This document shows, piece after piece, positions 24,891-37,938 of a stretch of 64,000 nt of DNA. The notes beneath the pieces were generated by a model. It made no database searches, was not told the DNA's origin, and saw nothing but the letters and a program-made list of their open reading frames with translations. Made by a program: the position numbers and the translations under genes. The stretch is from Octopus vulgaris (taxonomy: Eukaryota). The DNA lies in the NCBI GenBank assembly GCA_951406725.2, contig OX597815.1, positions 172,732,001-172,796,000 on the forward strand. Direction: 5' to 3'. Within the stretch, counting starts at the first letter, position 1; every line of letters begins with the position of its first letter.

Positions 24891-26786
24891 CGTCAGCAAT
24901 GGCAATGACAACAACAATGTGTTGATGATAATGATGATATAAGTAAGTACGATAGGCTTCTGCAGTTTTTGTCTATCCTTACAAAACATTGGTCAGCTTG
25001 GAATTATAGTAAAAAACACTCAATCAAATGTGCATTCTACTAGAAGCCTGGGTCTTACAGCAAGGTTGATCCTAAAAACCACGAAACTAAATTTAAGTAA
25101 GAAGTCAAGACTGCAAGAAATGAGAAGATGAAAGATGTAGAAAAATCTGATGGAAAAGTAGAACTTAACAGACTGGAGTAGTTGACATCAAGGGCAGCAG
25201 TGAAGTAAATGTCAAGCATGGTTGGTTAGTTGAAAGTTGTAAATAAAGTTTTCTTGCTCAAGTGACACAATGATGGTGATGGATCAAGTGATGTTATAGT
25301 AACTTGAGACAAAACTCATAGAAAGATGTTATATATTTACTTTTGCATCAATCTGTTATCTCTTCGAAACACAAAGGTTTTTCTCCCTCTGATCAAAGGG
25401 CAGGCTGAGTGAAGTGTGAAGTAATATGCTTTATGGTGATGGTGATGAGAGAAAACAGAGAGAGGAGAAACATATTGTTTGTTTGATGTGCAGTTTTTAC
25501 ATGAAAGGTTCAGAAGTAAGTTAAGAAAATAACTTTGCATCAGATATAACAACTAATGTGTTCTTCACTGGAGTGGATCTGCAATGCAAAGAATTATCGT
25601 TATTGAATAAAAGAACACTATGGATTGATGGAGGTAGATGTAGAGAGTGACCAAGGTAATCCTATAAATATAAAAAAAGAGATGAAATGTGAAAATACTG
25701 ACCTTCGTAGAGGAGATGACACAAGTTAATGATGACAGGAGATATGCAGTGAGGCAGAAACTCTCAACCTTTCTCCATTTTCTTTTGCTAACATTAAAAT
25801 AATTATGCTGCCGATGATGATAAATTATTATTGAAGTTTATTTGAAATACACTGATTTTTAATATAATATTCTTAATGAAATGTTAGTGTTATGACCCCA
25901 TCAAGTAATTTAATAAAAAATAAGTTCTTTCTAATCATAACGTATAGAAAAAAAATCAGATACAGAAACAAATGTGTCCTTGCTTTTAAATTTAGTTTCA
26001 GCTACGGAATGAATATGATGTTAGCATTATAAATAACCCTGATTGTAAGCCTTGTTTCATTACCACCAACCACTTGAATTTTAAATTGTAATGCATAGCA
26101 TAATTGCTTCCCTTAGATCTAACTGGAAAAAGTGGAAGAAAAATGAAAACCACAGCAAGTAGTTAAACAGGATTAATGCCAAGTTACCTCAAATATAGAT
26201 TAAGACATCAACTAGTGACTTAGTTGCTATAGCACAAGATTAATATTTACATAAGTTTCGCAAAGAAGCTGCTTTTTCTTGATGTCATATTAAATATAGT
26301 GATCTTAATAGAAATTAATGTTTCAAGATAAAATTTTCTTCTATATTTATACATTATCAAAATATCAACCAACAGCTAAATCTATTTACCTATTTGGGAA
26401 CCAATTGCATTAAGACATTGAAACCCAGTTTACTTTTACTATCAGGTAGTAAATTGGCAGAACCATGAGAGCATTCGATGAAAATGCTTTGCAGAATTCA
26501 GTTAAGGTTTTACAGATTTCAAACACTGCCATGATCAGCCTTGCCTCTCATCCTTTCAGGTACTATAAGATAAGTATCAGTCCATACTGGAGTCGATATT
26601 CCTTCCCCATTTCCCAGATTTCTTGACCTGCTCTGTACTCTTAGAATCATTACAACATTGGATAAAATACCTTGCAGTATCTCAAAACAGATCTTAACAT
26701 TCTGAGTTCAAGTCCTGATGAACTTAGCCTTTCATCCTTTTTGTGATTGATAGTATCAGCTGATTACCTCCCATCAAAACTTTTCA

Positions 26787-27042
26787 TCTCGTGTCTAACT
26801 CAGAAACCATTATTATTATTATTACTATTATTATTATTATTATCATCATCATCATCATCATCATCATTATCATCATCATCATTATTATTATCATTATCAT
26901 CATCATTGTCATCATCATTATTATTATTATTAAGATAGTACATGCTAATTTAATTAGCAGGAATTTATTTTGAGGTTTGATGACAACATATCTCCTCAAA
27001 TCTCAAGAATCTTTCTTGTGCCTAACTCAGAAATCATTATTA

Positions 27043-27112
<70 letters not shown>

Positions 27113-27194
27113 GTTAGTACATGCTAATTTAATTAGCAGGAATTTATTTTGAGGTTTGGTGACAACTTGTTTCTTCAAATCTCAGGAATCTTTC
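26787..27194. repeat. Tandem duplication of two units, each containing an (ATT)n tract
   Basis: gtg.ctaactcagaaa.cattatt..tagtacatgctaatttaattagcaggaatttattttgaggtttg..gaatctttc occurs twice (about 26787-27014 and 27015-27194). Confidence 0.9.
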
Positions 27195-27361
27195 CTAGGA
27201 TTCATGCAGAATAGAATTGTACTTTTCTGCAGGTTGACAATGCAAGTTTCAATTCCAATCTCTTTCTGTCTTGTAAGTAGCAGGTGTCGATTTAGGTCAT
27301 GTGACTGAATGTGATGTAGCTGCTGATAACAATGTTCTGAGGGTAATTGTAATCATTCAGA

Positions 27362-27670
27362 ACAAGGGTTTTTATCTATGGACCCCTTTGATTACTATTC
27401 TACTCTGGTAGAACCCCATAGCCATTGGATGTTTAAAAACTAATTTTATAAAAACTTCTTCCAAAACTGTTTTCTTTTTCACACATTAACTTGTGTAGGT
27501 TGAACCAACAAACCTAGCTGTTTCTTGCAATACATACATCTATAGCAGAACTTTTTTCAGGGGCCCATAAAATACTACTGTGGATCCCCAATTTACTATT
27601 TTGTTACATAGACCCCACAAAATCTTACATGGACCCTCAGTGGCCATCTGGACCCGGTTGAAAACCACTG
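27362..27670. mobile_element. hAT/Charlie-like non-autonomous element
   Basis: Right end ccggttgaaaaccactg (Charlie-type terminus) with repeated subterminal ggaccc motifs; left TIR degenerate. Confidence 0.5.
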
Positions 27671-28136
27671 ATTTAGAGTATTGATTTAAGTTAAGAAACT
27701 AATATGAAATATGGAAGAAATATTTGCATATTTAATCTGAATATGTCTAGCTAGATTCAGACACAAAATATGCTGGTCACTATAGAGTATGTAATATGAG
27801 AATAGCTCTCTTTTGTGACAGCACTATATTCAACACACTTGGTTCAATGGCACACAGGATTCTGGTTTAGGCTCAACAGTCTCCGTACTTCTGACTGATG
27901 AGTCATAACATGTCAAAACTTGGTATCTTGAATCCTGTGTGTAATGAGTTGAGTGTGTTGAACACCTTGCTGTTGTAAGAGAGAGAAGTTGTTCTTTTAT
28001 GATGCATGCTACAGCAACTAGCGTATTTTGCTTCTGAACCTACCTAGATGCATTAAGAATAAATATGCAAATATTTATTCTAGATCTCACTGTACATGGT
28101 GCAAATAATGATGGTTTTAATTTGAAACATGTTTAA

Positions 28137-28355
28137 GGCAGAGAGCAGGCAGAATTGTTAGGATGCCAGGTAAAATATTTAGCAGCATTTTGTCCATCTT
28201 TACATTCTGAGTTCAAATTCTGCCAAGGTCAACTTTGCCTTTCATCCTTTAGGGGTAGATAAAATCAGTACCAGTTGAGTACTGGGGTTATGTAACTGAC
28301 TTACCCATTACCCTGAAATTGCTGGCCTTGTGCCAAAATTTGAAACCATTATCAA
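28137..28355 (+). mobile_element. SINE family A with TSD atgtttaa
   Basis: Homologous to 31-243; atgtttaa on both sides. Confidence 0.85.
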
Positions 28356-29471
28356 GTATGTTTAAATTGAAGGACTCTACAACAATTAAATAGAGTATTC
28401 TTGTGTCTTATTTATTACAGTATGATGAAATTTAAAAGATAAAATTTCATCATTACAAGAATGTTGCAAATAAAAGTCTATTTTAATGCCAATTATTCTA
28501 ACAAAAGTCTAAATTGGAATCTAGACTAATCAAATTAGTTTCTTGATTTAGAGTCAATACTTTAAATGATTATATTACTCTAAGATATTATCAGAAGCCA
28601 CATTATCACCCAACTCACTCCTATTTTAATTATTATTATTTGCATCTTCATTCATGCTTTTGCTCAAGTGATACCACTCAAATTCTTGTCTTCCATCTAC
28701 AAACGATAAATGGATAGAATAAGTAAAGCAAATATTAAAATTGTATCTCTGACACTATAAACTACCATCCATGGTGTTACTACTGTTGGATATTTCTCAA
28801 ATGAAACAAAGTTCTCCAACAGAAAATTAGAACAAGCTATCCAAAAATGTATCTTTTCACAATGAAATCAATTACTTAGGCTTTTTTCTTTACTTTTTCT
28901 GAAGAGCAAGATACAAAGATTTTTAAAATGGCATTATCATCCTTTAAAATGAGAGAAAGGAAATGTCATTGAATTTAGGATATTTATTGAAAACTAATCG
29001 AAATTTCAAACACAAACAAGAAACTTTCAAAATCTTAAAATAACTATTCTTTCACAAACTTCATTTCTTTTATCAGATTGACCAGTTTTCCTCAAATTCA
29101 TCTTCTTTTACAAGAACATAACAATTGAGAAAACAAAATGAGTCTTGTTATTTATATATCTACATTCTGAAATTTTACACACTGGAATATGTTTAAACTG
29201 AAGGACTCAACCACAATTATGTAGTGTATTCTTGTGAAATGAGCTATTCTTAATCATTATAGTATGATGAAATTTAAAGGATAAAATTTTATTATAACAG
29301 GAGTGTTGCAAATGAAAGTCCATTTTAATACTAGTTCTTCTAACAAAAGCCTATATTAGGATCTAGTCTAATCAAATTAATTTCTTGATTTAGAGTCAGT
29401 ACTTGAAAGGATTACATTACTTTAAGATATTATTATAAGAAGCCACACTGTCACTCTACTCACTCTTATTT
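28356..29471. repeat. Local direct duplication of about 280 bp (28356-28627 and 29186-29471)
   Basis: tatgtttaaa.tgaaggactc..gtatgatgaaattta..tttcttgatttagagtca..gaagccaca..actcactc is shared by both copies. Confidence 0.9.
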
Positions 29472-29649
29472 CAATCCAGACAATTACAAGATATAATTCC
29501 TGACTATCAGGCTGTCTCAATCCATGTATGCCTTATAATCTCATGTCAAACTATTCAAGAATACCTCTTTGTTCTAATTCAGATTGACTCTATAATCAGA
29601 GGCCTAAAAAGCATCCTACAATGAGGACACACTAAACTTGTTGCTTTAA

Positions 29650-29869
29650 CCCTTTTGTTACTAACCCAGCCAAAACTGGCTCTGGCTCTGTGGTAAAATG
29701 TCTTGTTTTCATAAGTTTTGAATTAAAATATTCCACCAAGCCTTAGTCACAATTTATATTCCTAACACTAGGTTAATGATAACTAAGTTATTTTACTAAA
29801 TTCTTTGTTATATTTAAAGTAATTGAAAGAAACACAGGGCATCTCAAAATAAATACAGTAACGAAAGGG
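29650..29869. mobile_element. piggyBac-like MITE (220 bp) with TTAA TSD
   Basis: TTAA-cccttttgttact ... agtaacgaaaggg-TTAA. Confidence 0.85.
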
Positions 29870-30980
29870 TTAAACAACTAAAAGACACATGATACTCAGA
29901 TCATGAAAACATCATCATAACACATGCTGCTTAATCATGAACTGCACTCAGTTAGAGTCCTTGTTGAGTTTCACTATCACTGAGTATCTCTCCTGGTGGA
30001 AGCATGTTCTTAACATAGCTAGGACTGCATCCAAATGACTGTTCAGTAGCAGCAGCACAAGAATTTGGACCTGGAGATCTCCATTTCCAGCAACTTCGAG
30101 GGCCACCTCCCAGTGGTGTCGGGCATCAACAAAGAGCCCTCGACTACAAAGTTTTTTTTTTTTCCAAGGTCTGGGTTCTCTCGCCCCTAAGCCCTAGACC
30201 ATCACCTAATCCCCCTTACCCATCTTGTAGCTTAACAACAACAACAACAACGGCAGCAGCAGCAGCAGCACATACAAACATCTTAGACCAGAAAAGAGTC
30301 ACCTGACTGATTGGCATAAAATCACCCACAGACACTTCAACGTCTGGCCCATCAGAGTGCTGTCTTCTCTATTGTTACTATTATGTCCTCTGCACCTTGG
30401 AATGAGGTCAGTTTGTGCCACTCCACTTAGGCATTCCTAACCCAGCTGTCTATCCTCATCTCATCACCCTTATTGTTTCCAACACCCCAAGTCCCACTCT
30501 AATCACTACTCCTGGACCTTCCTTCTCAGAACATTGGCCCTTTAAAATTCCCTGCTTATGTCTTTTCTGCATATGTTGACTTACAAAGGTTCAAGAGGAA
30601 CTACCCTTCCTCCAAATCCAGCAAATACAAAAAAAAAAAAGAAAGAAATTCTTTTATTGCATTAAAACTCTGCACAAGATTTCAAAACAACTATCATTTA
30701 TTTCATGGAATGAATACTAACAGGCACTGAGTTTACTTTGCAAGTCTCTGATGGAACCACCACTAAAACCTGAATACATATAAATATATTGGATACCTAA
30801 CTCAATAGAAAAAAAACCCCCAGAAAATCTCTTTCTCATCCAGTTAGTTGAAACTTGTGTTAAAATGATCTTTAGGAAATTACAAGATACCATTTGCACA
30901 AGAGAGCCAAAGACACAGTTTTGATGATATACAAATGTTAATCAAAATGAATAATAAAAAGATTTTCTCAGTCTGCTTAC

Positions 30981-31019
30981 ACCTATCTTGTCAAATTTAC
31001 TTTGAACATTTCTCCTCAT
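30981..31019 (-). CDS. Weak candidate alternative first coding exon MRRNVQSKFDKIG, phase-0 donor
   Basis: aatATG..GGT|gtaagc; short enough to arise by chance. Confidence 0.25.
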
Positions 31020-32029
31020 ATTAAATCCATAGTAAGGTTTGAAACTGATCAACAAGTCAATAAAACAATAATTCATTTTACATTAATTCACTATAAATAA
31101 AAGATATTTCAACCATGTGTTGTTTATTTATAGGTAGGTGAAGTGATCCATTTCAGAGCTTGCCTTGGTTATAAACACAAAGCAGTAGTTTTTACTGGAA
31201 GGAAATTAACCACAAATCTCTCATTTGGTTGTCCAGTATTCTATCAACTCAGTCTCCTAAGACAAAAGAACCTATTTACTATTTCTAGCAAACACCCACA
31301 ATAGTTCAGAAATATTTTTTGGTCTTTTTACTTTCTTTTGTCAAAATAAACCTTGTTTATAGTTTCTATTCCTATGTTTACATATCTACTGACCTTCAAA
31401 ATATTCAACTTCTTCCTGGTTTTAGGAAACCTTATAAAATTTCATAGTATCTTCAATAAATACAATAGTATAATTATCTAACGTAAATTATATAAATCTT
31501 AAAATTTAATGCAATATAATTCAAATAATTTTTCTAAAAAATATGAAAACAGGATATATCTATCAGATTTAAATTTGTTGTTGGTTACCCTAAGACTAAA
31601 GCATATATAAATATCACCATTCTCATTTGATATTTTAATTTATGTAAATAGATTTTAACTTCATTTTAAAAAATCCATAAAAATATATAATGATGGTATT
31701 ATCATATTATTAAAAAGCATAAGTATACAGCTTGTAAAGTTCTGAGCTTTTTGTAAAGTACAGAACTTTTTGTAAACAATAGTATTTTTATAGCTTCAAA
31801 ATGATAAAAATTCTTTTATATGATAAGAAGGTAAAAAAATAAGACCAAAACAGATCCAGCAGGATATTACAACCTTTAACTATTATTGCCAAGAGAATAT
31901 AAACATTTATAGAATAGAAAGGTATATATTTTAACCTTTAATTTTTAAATAAGATATATGGTATTTTCACTCACTTTTACTTAAATTTTTGCAATGAAAT
32001 TTATAATCACACACACACACACACATGTA

Positions 32030-32074
<45 letters not shown>

Positions 32075-32215
32075 ACAACAAGCATATACTTTTATGGAGA
32101 ATGTATTCTAAAAAATCACAAACAAAACATTATGCTACATTAGTTTATCATTAGTCTATCATAAAAGAAATTTGCCAAGTCTGCAGAACAATTATACTTT
32201 ATAACACTCACTAAC

Positions 32216-32665
32216 CTTTGTGGCATGAGATGATGAATTAACAGCATAACAGAAACTAGAGTTTCGTGCAGATGCTTTGTAAAGTCCATTTTCTGAAGCA
32301 TTATTGAGCCAGCTGACTTCATTTGAATTATTAGAATTCTTGTCTGCTCCACCAACAGCTTTTGTAAAACTTGCATTACGTTTTGGCACAAATGGCAAGA
32401 TCCGTTCAACATTATTTTGAAAATATCTGTTAGATATATTATCTTCAACACATAATCTTTTAGAACCATCGACTGTTGAAGTTGGTAGACATGTTTTATG
32501 ATTGAGTGAATTTGTGTATGTGTTTGCATAGTAATTCTGTGACTGGTTATGTTGTAAGCTACGATCAGAATGTTCAGATTGTAAAAACAGCTGATCCCAA
32601 TCAAATGGTGAATCTGTTTCATTGTTTATAAACACATTTTTAATAATATCTCCACAACCAATCAT
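32216..32665 (-). CDS. Coding exon, 150 aa Asn/Ser-rich N-terminal segment (MIGCGDIIKNVF...SSSHATK), phase-0 donor
   Basis: Longest non-repeat ORF in the window; acceptor tttatcttttttcag| at 32688/32687, ATG at 32665, donor AAG|gttagt at 32216. No recognisable domain. Confidence 0.7.
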
Positions 32666-33409
32666 TACAGCTAAGTTAAAATTAAGGCTGAAAAAAGATA
32701 AATTTGAAATCAGCCAGTGTTGTTGACTTCTGCTTCGGCATATGCATGGAGCCCCCATCTGTGACTGTGACGTAAAACCACATGACATGTTTCAGAATAA
32801 TCTTGTAGTAGTATTTTAAAGCTAGCCATCCACACCACCAACACTGCCTCTACCCTGAATAAGTAGTTCTATTTGTGACAACTAAAATCAATTGTTGAAC
32901 ATATAGCTAGTTTAAAAGGATTGATTTAAAGTACTGTTGGCTGGTTCAATAAAAATTTCTTATACAGCTTGCTTAGTACTATTACCTGTTTTCTTACAGA
33001 AGTTCAACAATGTTGAAATACGTAAAGAATTGTTTAAAAACCAAAGTAGAAATTCTTTACTTAACAGCAATATTATCTGGGATGATAAAATATCTTAGTT
33101 ATTGTGTAGGCCAAAATGTAAATAAGATAAGCAAATCAGAGAAATGAGAGATAAACAAGTTCAAGATATTTTACTGTTTTACTAGCCTTTAAAAAAATTT
33201 CACAGTAGAGTAAATTTTTTCTCATTTAAAACTTATTCCATACTTCATTTAAATAGTATTTGTAACTAGTATATGAAAGAAAATAAATAAAAATTAAGCA
33301 AAATTATTTTATATGATTATATGAATGCCACACTAAAATGTTTACCTGCTGTTAGTCAAGTATAAGACATACATATAGATCTAATGAGAAGATTGACAAT
33401 ATACATTAA

Positions 33410-33637
33410 CCCATTCGTGCCAAAAGTTTTCTAGTGAATGAAATTGCATGAAAATTATAAAAATACTATTATTTTGACCTAAATAACAGCAGAAAAAATT
33501 TCATTGAAATCCGTTTGATTAAGAACATGTTTCATTCTTTGATACAGATCATACACAAGTCACAATTTGTGTCAAGTATTTGTTTTATACCCTTATAAAT
33601 TAAGTGTCAGTTTAAAGGGACGATCAGCATGAATGGG
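33410..33637. mobile_element. piggyBac-like MITE (228 bp) with TTAA TSD
   Basis: TTAA-cccattcgtgc ... gcatgaatggg-TTAA. Confidence 0.8.
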
Positions 33638-35679
33638 TTAATAACCAACACACGAAGTAAGGTCAGGTCTAATAAACAAATAAATGAGAGGACTAGAAAA
33701 TTAAATACAACTATTAGATTAATTTTATATCATGTTTTGAGTTACAATAGAAATAAGATACTGTGGCATTCATCACTTTCTGAAGAGCATAAATATATTT
33801 TATGAAGTCATTCCAGTTGCTAATCAAAACTGGGTCACATATTCCATTTGCTGAGAATTAACCACTGCAATATCAGCCTGCCAGAGAATAGGAATATATA
33901 ACATTGTGTTTTAGTATAACCAGAAAAACTATGAGGAAGAATGACATGTATAAGTTATAAGCAACACTGAAACAATTATTATATTCATTTCTGACTAGAA
34001 AATTTTATAAGTTTTCAAACTTTAGTGGAAGTGAATTCTGAGAATTTTTTCACCGATATATATTGCAAACAGTTTGTGCAAGACTGTTACTGTTGAGTTG
34101 TGGGTTCGCAGGATCATGAAAGTTTTGGACAAAATATTTAGTTATGGTATTTTACATTCTGAATTCCAATCTTATTGGAATCAACTTTGCCAGTTGTCCT
34201 TCCAAGTTCAACACAATAAAATACAAGTCGAGCACTAGAACAAATTATATTCCAAGACAGAAATGGAATTGTAACAGGAGACAAGAAGACTACAGCTATA
34301 AGCATTTAAGAGATTTATCTAATCCAGGTTCTTTTATTGATATTGAATTAAAATCAGAATGTGACTTAACCTCACTGCTGTAACTTAACAAAATACTCAT
34401 AGAAGTGATCCCACTTCTCACATGCATGAGTTGTACCTATCTGAACTGAAATAATGAGTAGATTTTTACTCATCAATGAAACTGAAACCACTAATTTTTA
34501 CTTCGGTATTATGAATGACATTGCTTTCTAATATACATTGTGATTTAATAGTGTGTCATGTTTAAGACTCAATGAAATAGTACAATAAGGGTGATTGTCA
34601 AAATATATGAAGAAACATATCTGCATATGTTTCATTTTTACAGTTTCTCTCCTTCATATGTTTCTCTTTAAATGTCTGTCAAAAGAACTAAAAAAAACAA
34701 TGGAGAAAATACTTAATTGACTAGATTCTAAAGACTTTCATTGTGAGTTTCGGTAAAGTGCAAAATTATACATGAAATATATTTCAAAACCAATGAACCA
34801 TGATTTTATAGGAAACAAGAATTAGCTTGTGTAACATTCATGCTGTTCTCAAGGACTGGAACAAAGCTGTCTCAAACTTATTGCACAAAATGTTCCAATA
34901 TTAAAAAATTGCTGACTGATTGTCAAAGATAAGTAGTTGGAGCTTAAATGAAATTTAAGGAACCGATATAAGTGTTAAGCAAATGCAATAAGCAAACTAA
35001 CTAAAAATTTAAAATTTGATTTTTGCTGATGTAGTATAAAAAGAATTCATAACAGAAAGTATGGGTTTTAGGAAGATAGATACTTTGTTCTAAATAATGC
35101 CTTGTATTAATTTGATATATGATAATGTTTAATCTTGTGACTTTCCTCTGGATATACAAATATATTGCTCTGCAAACTTCTTTAGTTTTTAACTCTCTTA
35201 CCTTCTTCAGAGAAAATAAAGCATAAGCGTAAAAATTGTTATAAAAATCACCACAATCCACATCTTTGACCAACACAATTTAGATTTTAGAATTGATCCC
35301 TCATCCTATTTGCCTTGTAGCTGAACAGGTAAGAAAAGAAGAACCTCATGACTAAGCTGTGGATCAGCATAAAATTGATATATTGTATGATGGATGACAA
35401 CACCAAGATTAAACCTTCATAAATGGGTTTAATTGTTTACAATATAGGCAATTGATATATGATGTCATTTATTCTAACTAGCAAAAGATACTGAGAGCAG
35501 CCAAGTCAGTCATAATTTCACATTACTTATACACAATACTCAAGTTCATAGCAGCAGAACAGACATTATCATATATACACAAAGATGCTAACCACCACAT
35601 CGCTTATCCATGTTCTTACACAAAATATGAAAACCATCATATGTTAGGGTGGTAGATCTGCAGAATTGTTAGTGCATCA

Positions 35680-37881
35680 GACCTGGAAGGAAGGTGGCAG
35701 TAGGGAGCATTATGAAATGGTCAGAAGAGCAGCTAAGTAACAGGTATACTAGGTTAAGGGTAAGGCAAGAAAGAAGAGAGATGCAATGTGAGGATCAGTG
35801 GTATGAAATGTTTTGGATAGTGAGAGAGTGTATATGAGAGAAAACCAAGATGTCACTGTTGAGAAGCGTATTCAAAATGATGAAAGCATGGAAGTGCTAT
35901 TATGAGAGGCTGCTGAACATAGAGAATGCATGGGATAAAAAGGGACTACCTCACACTAACCCTACAGAAGGAAGAGTAATTTGAGATGATAGTAGCATCA
36001 TAGATAATGTGTTTACAGGCATGGCAGGAAGAAGAACTGCAGGTCTATTAGGGATAGATGTATAAAATATTTGAAGTAGGATACATGATTACCATTCTGA
36101 TAGTTAATCAAGTTATACAAGGTGTCATATCCAATGATTGGCATAGTAGTTTTATCAGCTGCCAGAACAGCAAAAGAGATGTCTTAGAAAGAGGAAATTA
36201 TGAAGGAATCAAACTACTGGATCAGGTTATGAAGGCCTCATAGAAAGTTAAAGCACAGTTTACTGATGACAAAGTAAACTCAGATGAGATGCAGTTTGCC
36301 TTCATGCTCAGAAGGGGTACCTTGATGAAATATTTCTAGTGAGGCAACTGCAGGAGATATGCTTGGCTAAGAGTAAAACACTATTCCTGACATTTTCTTG
36401 ACCTGGAGAAGATGTCCATTCAGTAATTTAGTAATCACTAAGGAAAACTATGTGTAGATGTAAAGGCTGTGAGGGCTGTAAAAGTTATGTATTGATACAG
36501 TAAGCAAGAGTCAACAAGAATTTCAGTAATGAATTTAGTTTGCAGGTAGGAATCTATCAAGGTTCAGTCCTTAGTCCACCCCTATTCATCATAGTCCATG
36601 ACAGAAGAGTTTAAGACTGGCTGTCCAAGTGAATTCTATATGCTGAAGACCTATAATAGAATTAGAGAGGAAATCCTAGGCTTAGCAAAGAATGAGATTT
36701 TAACAAGTAGAAAAGAAGACAGGACCCTGGTATCTTCAGGAAATGGCCTTATTTGATATGCAGAAAAAAGGAAGGCATGAACTTTGTACACTGTACCTAA
36801 TGTCAGCTATGGGCACACGAGAAGTGTAGTGAAATCACAGGAAGACTAACAAAAAAAGTAGCCTTTATATGTGACAGGTGCACTGAAGCACTATGTAGCA
36901 CACCGGAAATTTGATTCCTTTAAATGCTCGGGTGGCTCATTTGAAATAATTGATAGCTTTTGTTACCTTAGGAGATGTTATTAGCAGGAGAGGTGGTTAC
37001 TCTGAAAGTATAGCAGTCAGGATAAGAACAGTTTGGAAAAAATTGAAAGTCCAACAACTGGTTTGGCAACAAAGGTCTTTTCCCTCAGAGTGAAGGGCAA
37101 ATTGTATGATGCTTGTGTTAGAATTGCAATGCTGCAAGCTAGTGAGACATGGACCTTATTAGCAGAGGAGTTAAGAAGATTGGAAATAAATCAAGCTAGT
37201 ATGCTCCATTGAGTATACAGCATAAGTGTGTATAAACAACAAAATACAAATGTATTGAAAGAAAAAAAACTGGTCATAAGAGGAATCAGATGTAGTAGGT
37301 AAGAAAAAAGATTGCACTGGTACGGAATGTGATCATCTGTATAAAGAAGTGTCATTCACTTAATGTGAATGGATCTCACAGAAGAGGGAAACTTAGGAAG
37401 ACATGAGACAAAGTAGTGCAGGCTGATTTCAGGACCATGAACTTCACAGGGATGACAAGGGACTGAGATGACTGGTAAAATGCAGCGTTCAAGATCCACC
37501 CATCATGGCAAAACTGAGATTCTGGAAGTACAATATGTATATACATGCACAATTGGGTTCTTTTTTCCCAGTTTCCTCCTCAAGACACCCCCCCCCACTA
37601 CCCACCAACTTTTTAAATGCTGTATTCTGCAGCTCTAATTAAATGTGAGCAGAACTGCATTCTTCACTAACTATTCCTTGATACCACTTTTCTTGCTGCC
37701 CAGAGCCAGTTCACTTAGTATCCATCCTCTATTCTGAATTCAATCCTCTCTACCATATTTTACACAGAACACTCATCTGGACCTTCCCTATCACCATATA
37801 ATTCCAATGCTCCGCATTCACTATACCTGCCTCTAGCCCCAACACTTTTGCAACCTAAAACCACATGTCATCTCTCTCTTG

Positions 37882-37938
<57 letters not shown>

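Noticed and set aside
32140-32622. 160-aa ORF overlapping the 32216-32665 exon in another frame
   Set aside because: It does not fit the phase-0 donor pattern and is most likely a shadow frame, although dual coding is not formally excluded.
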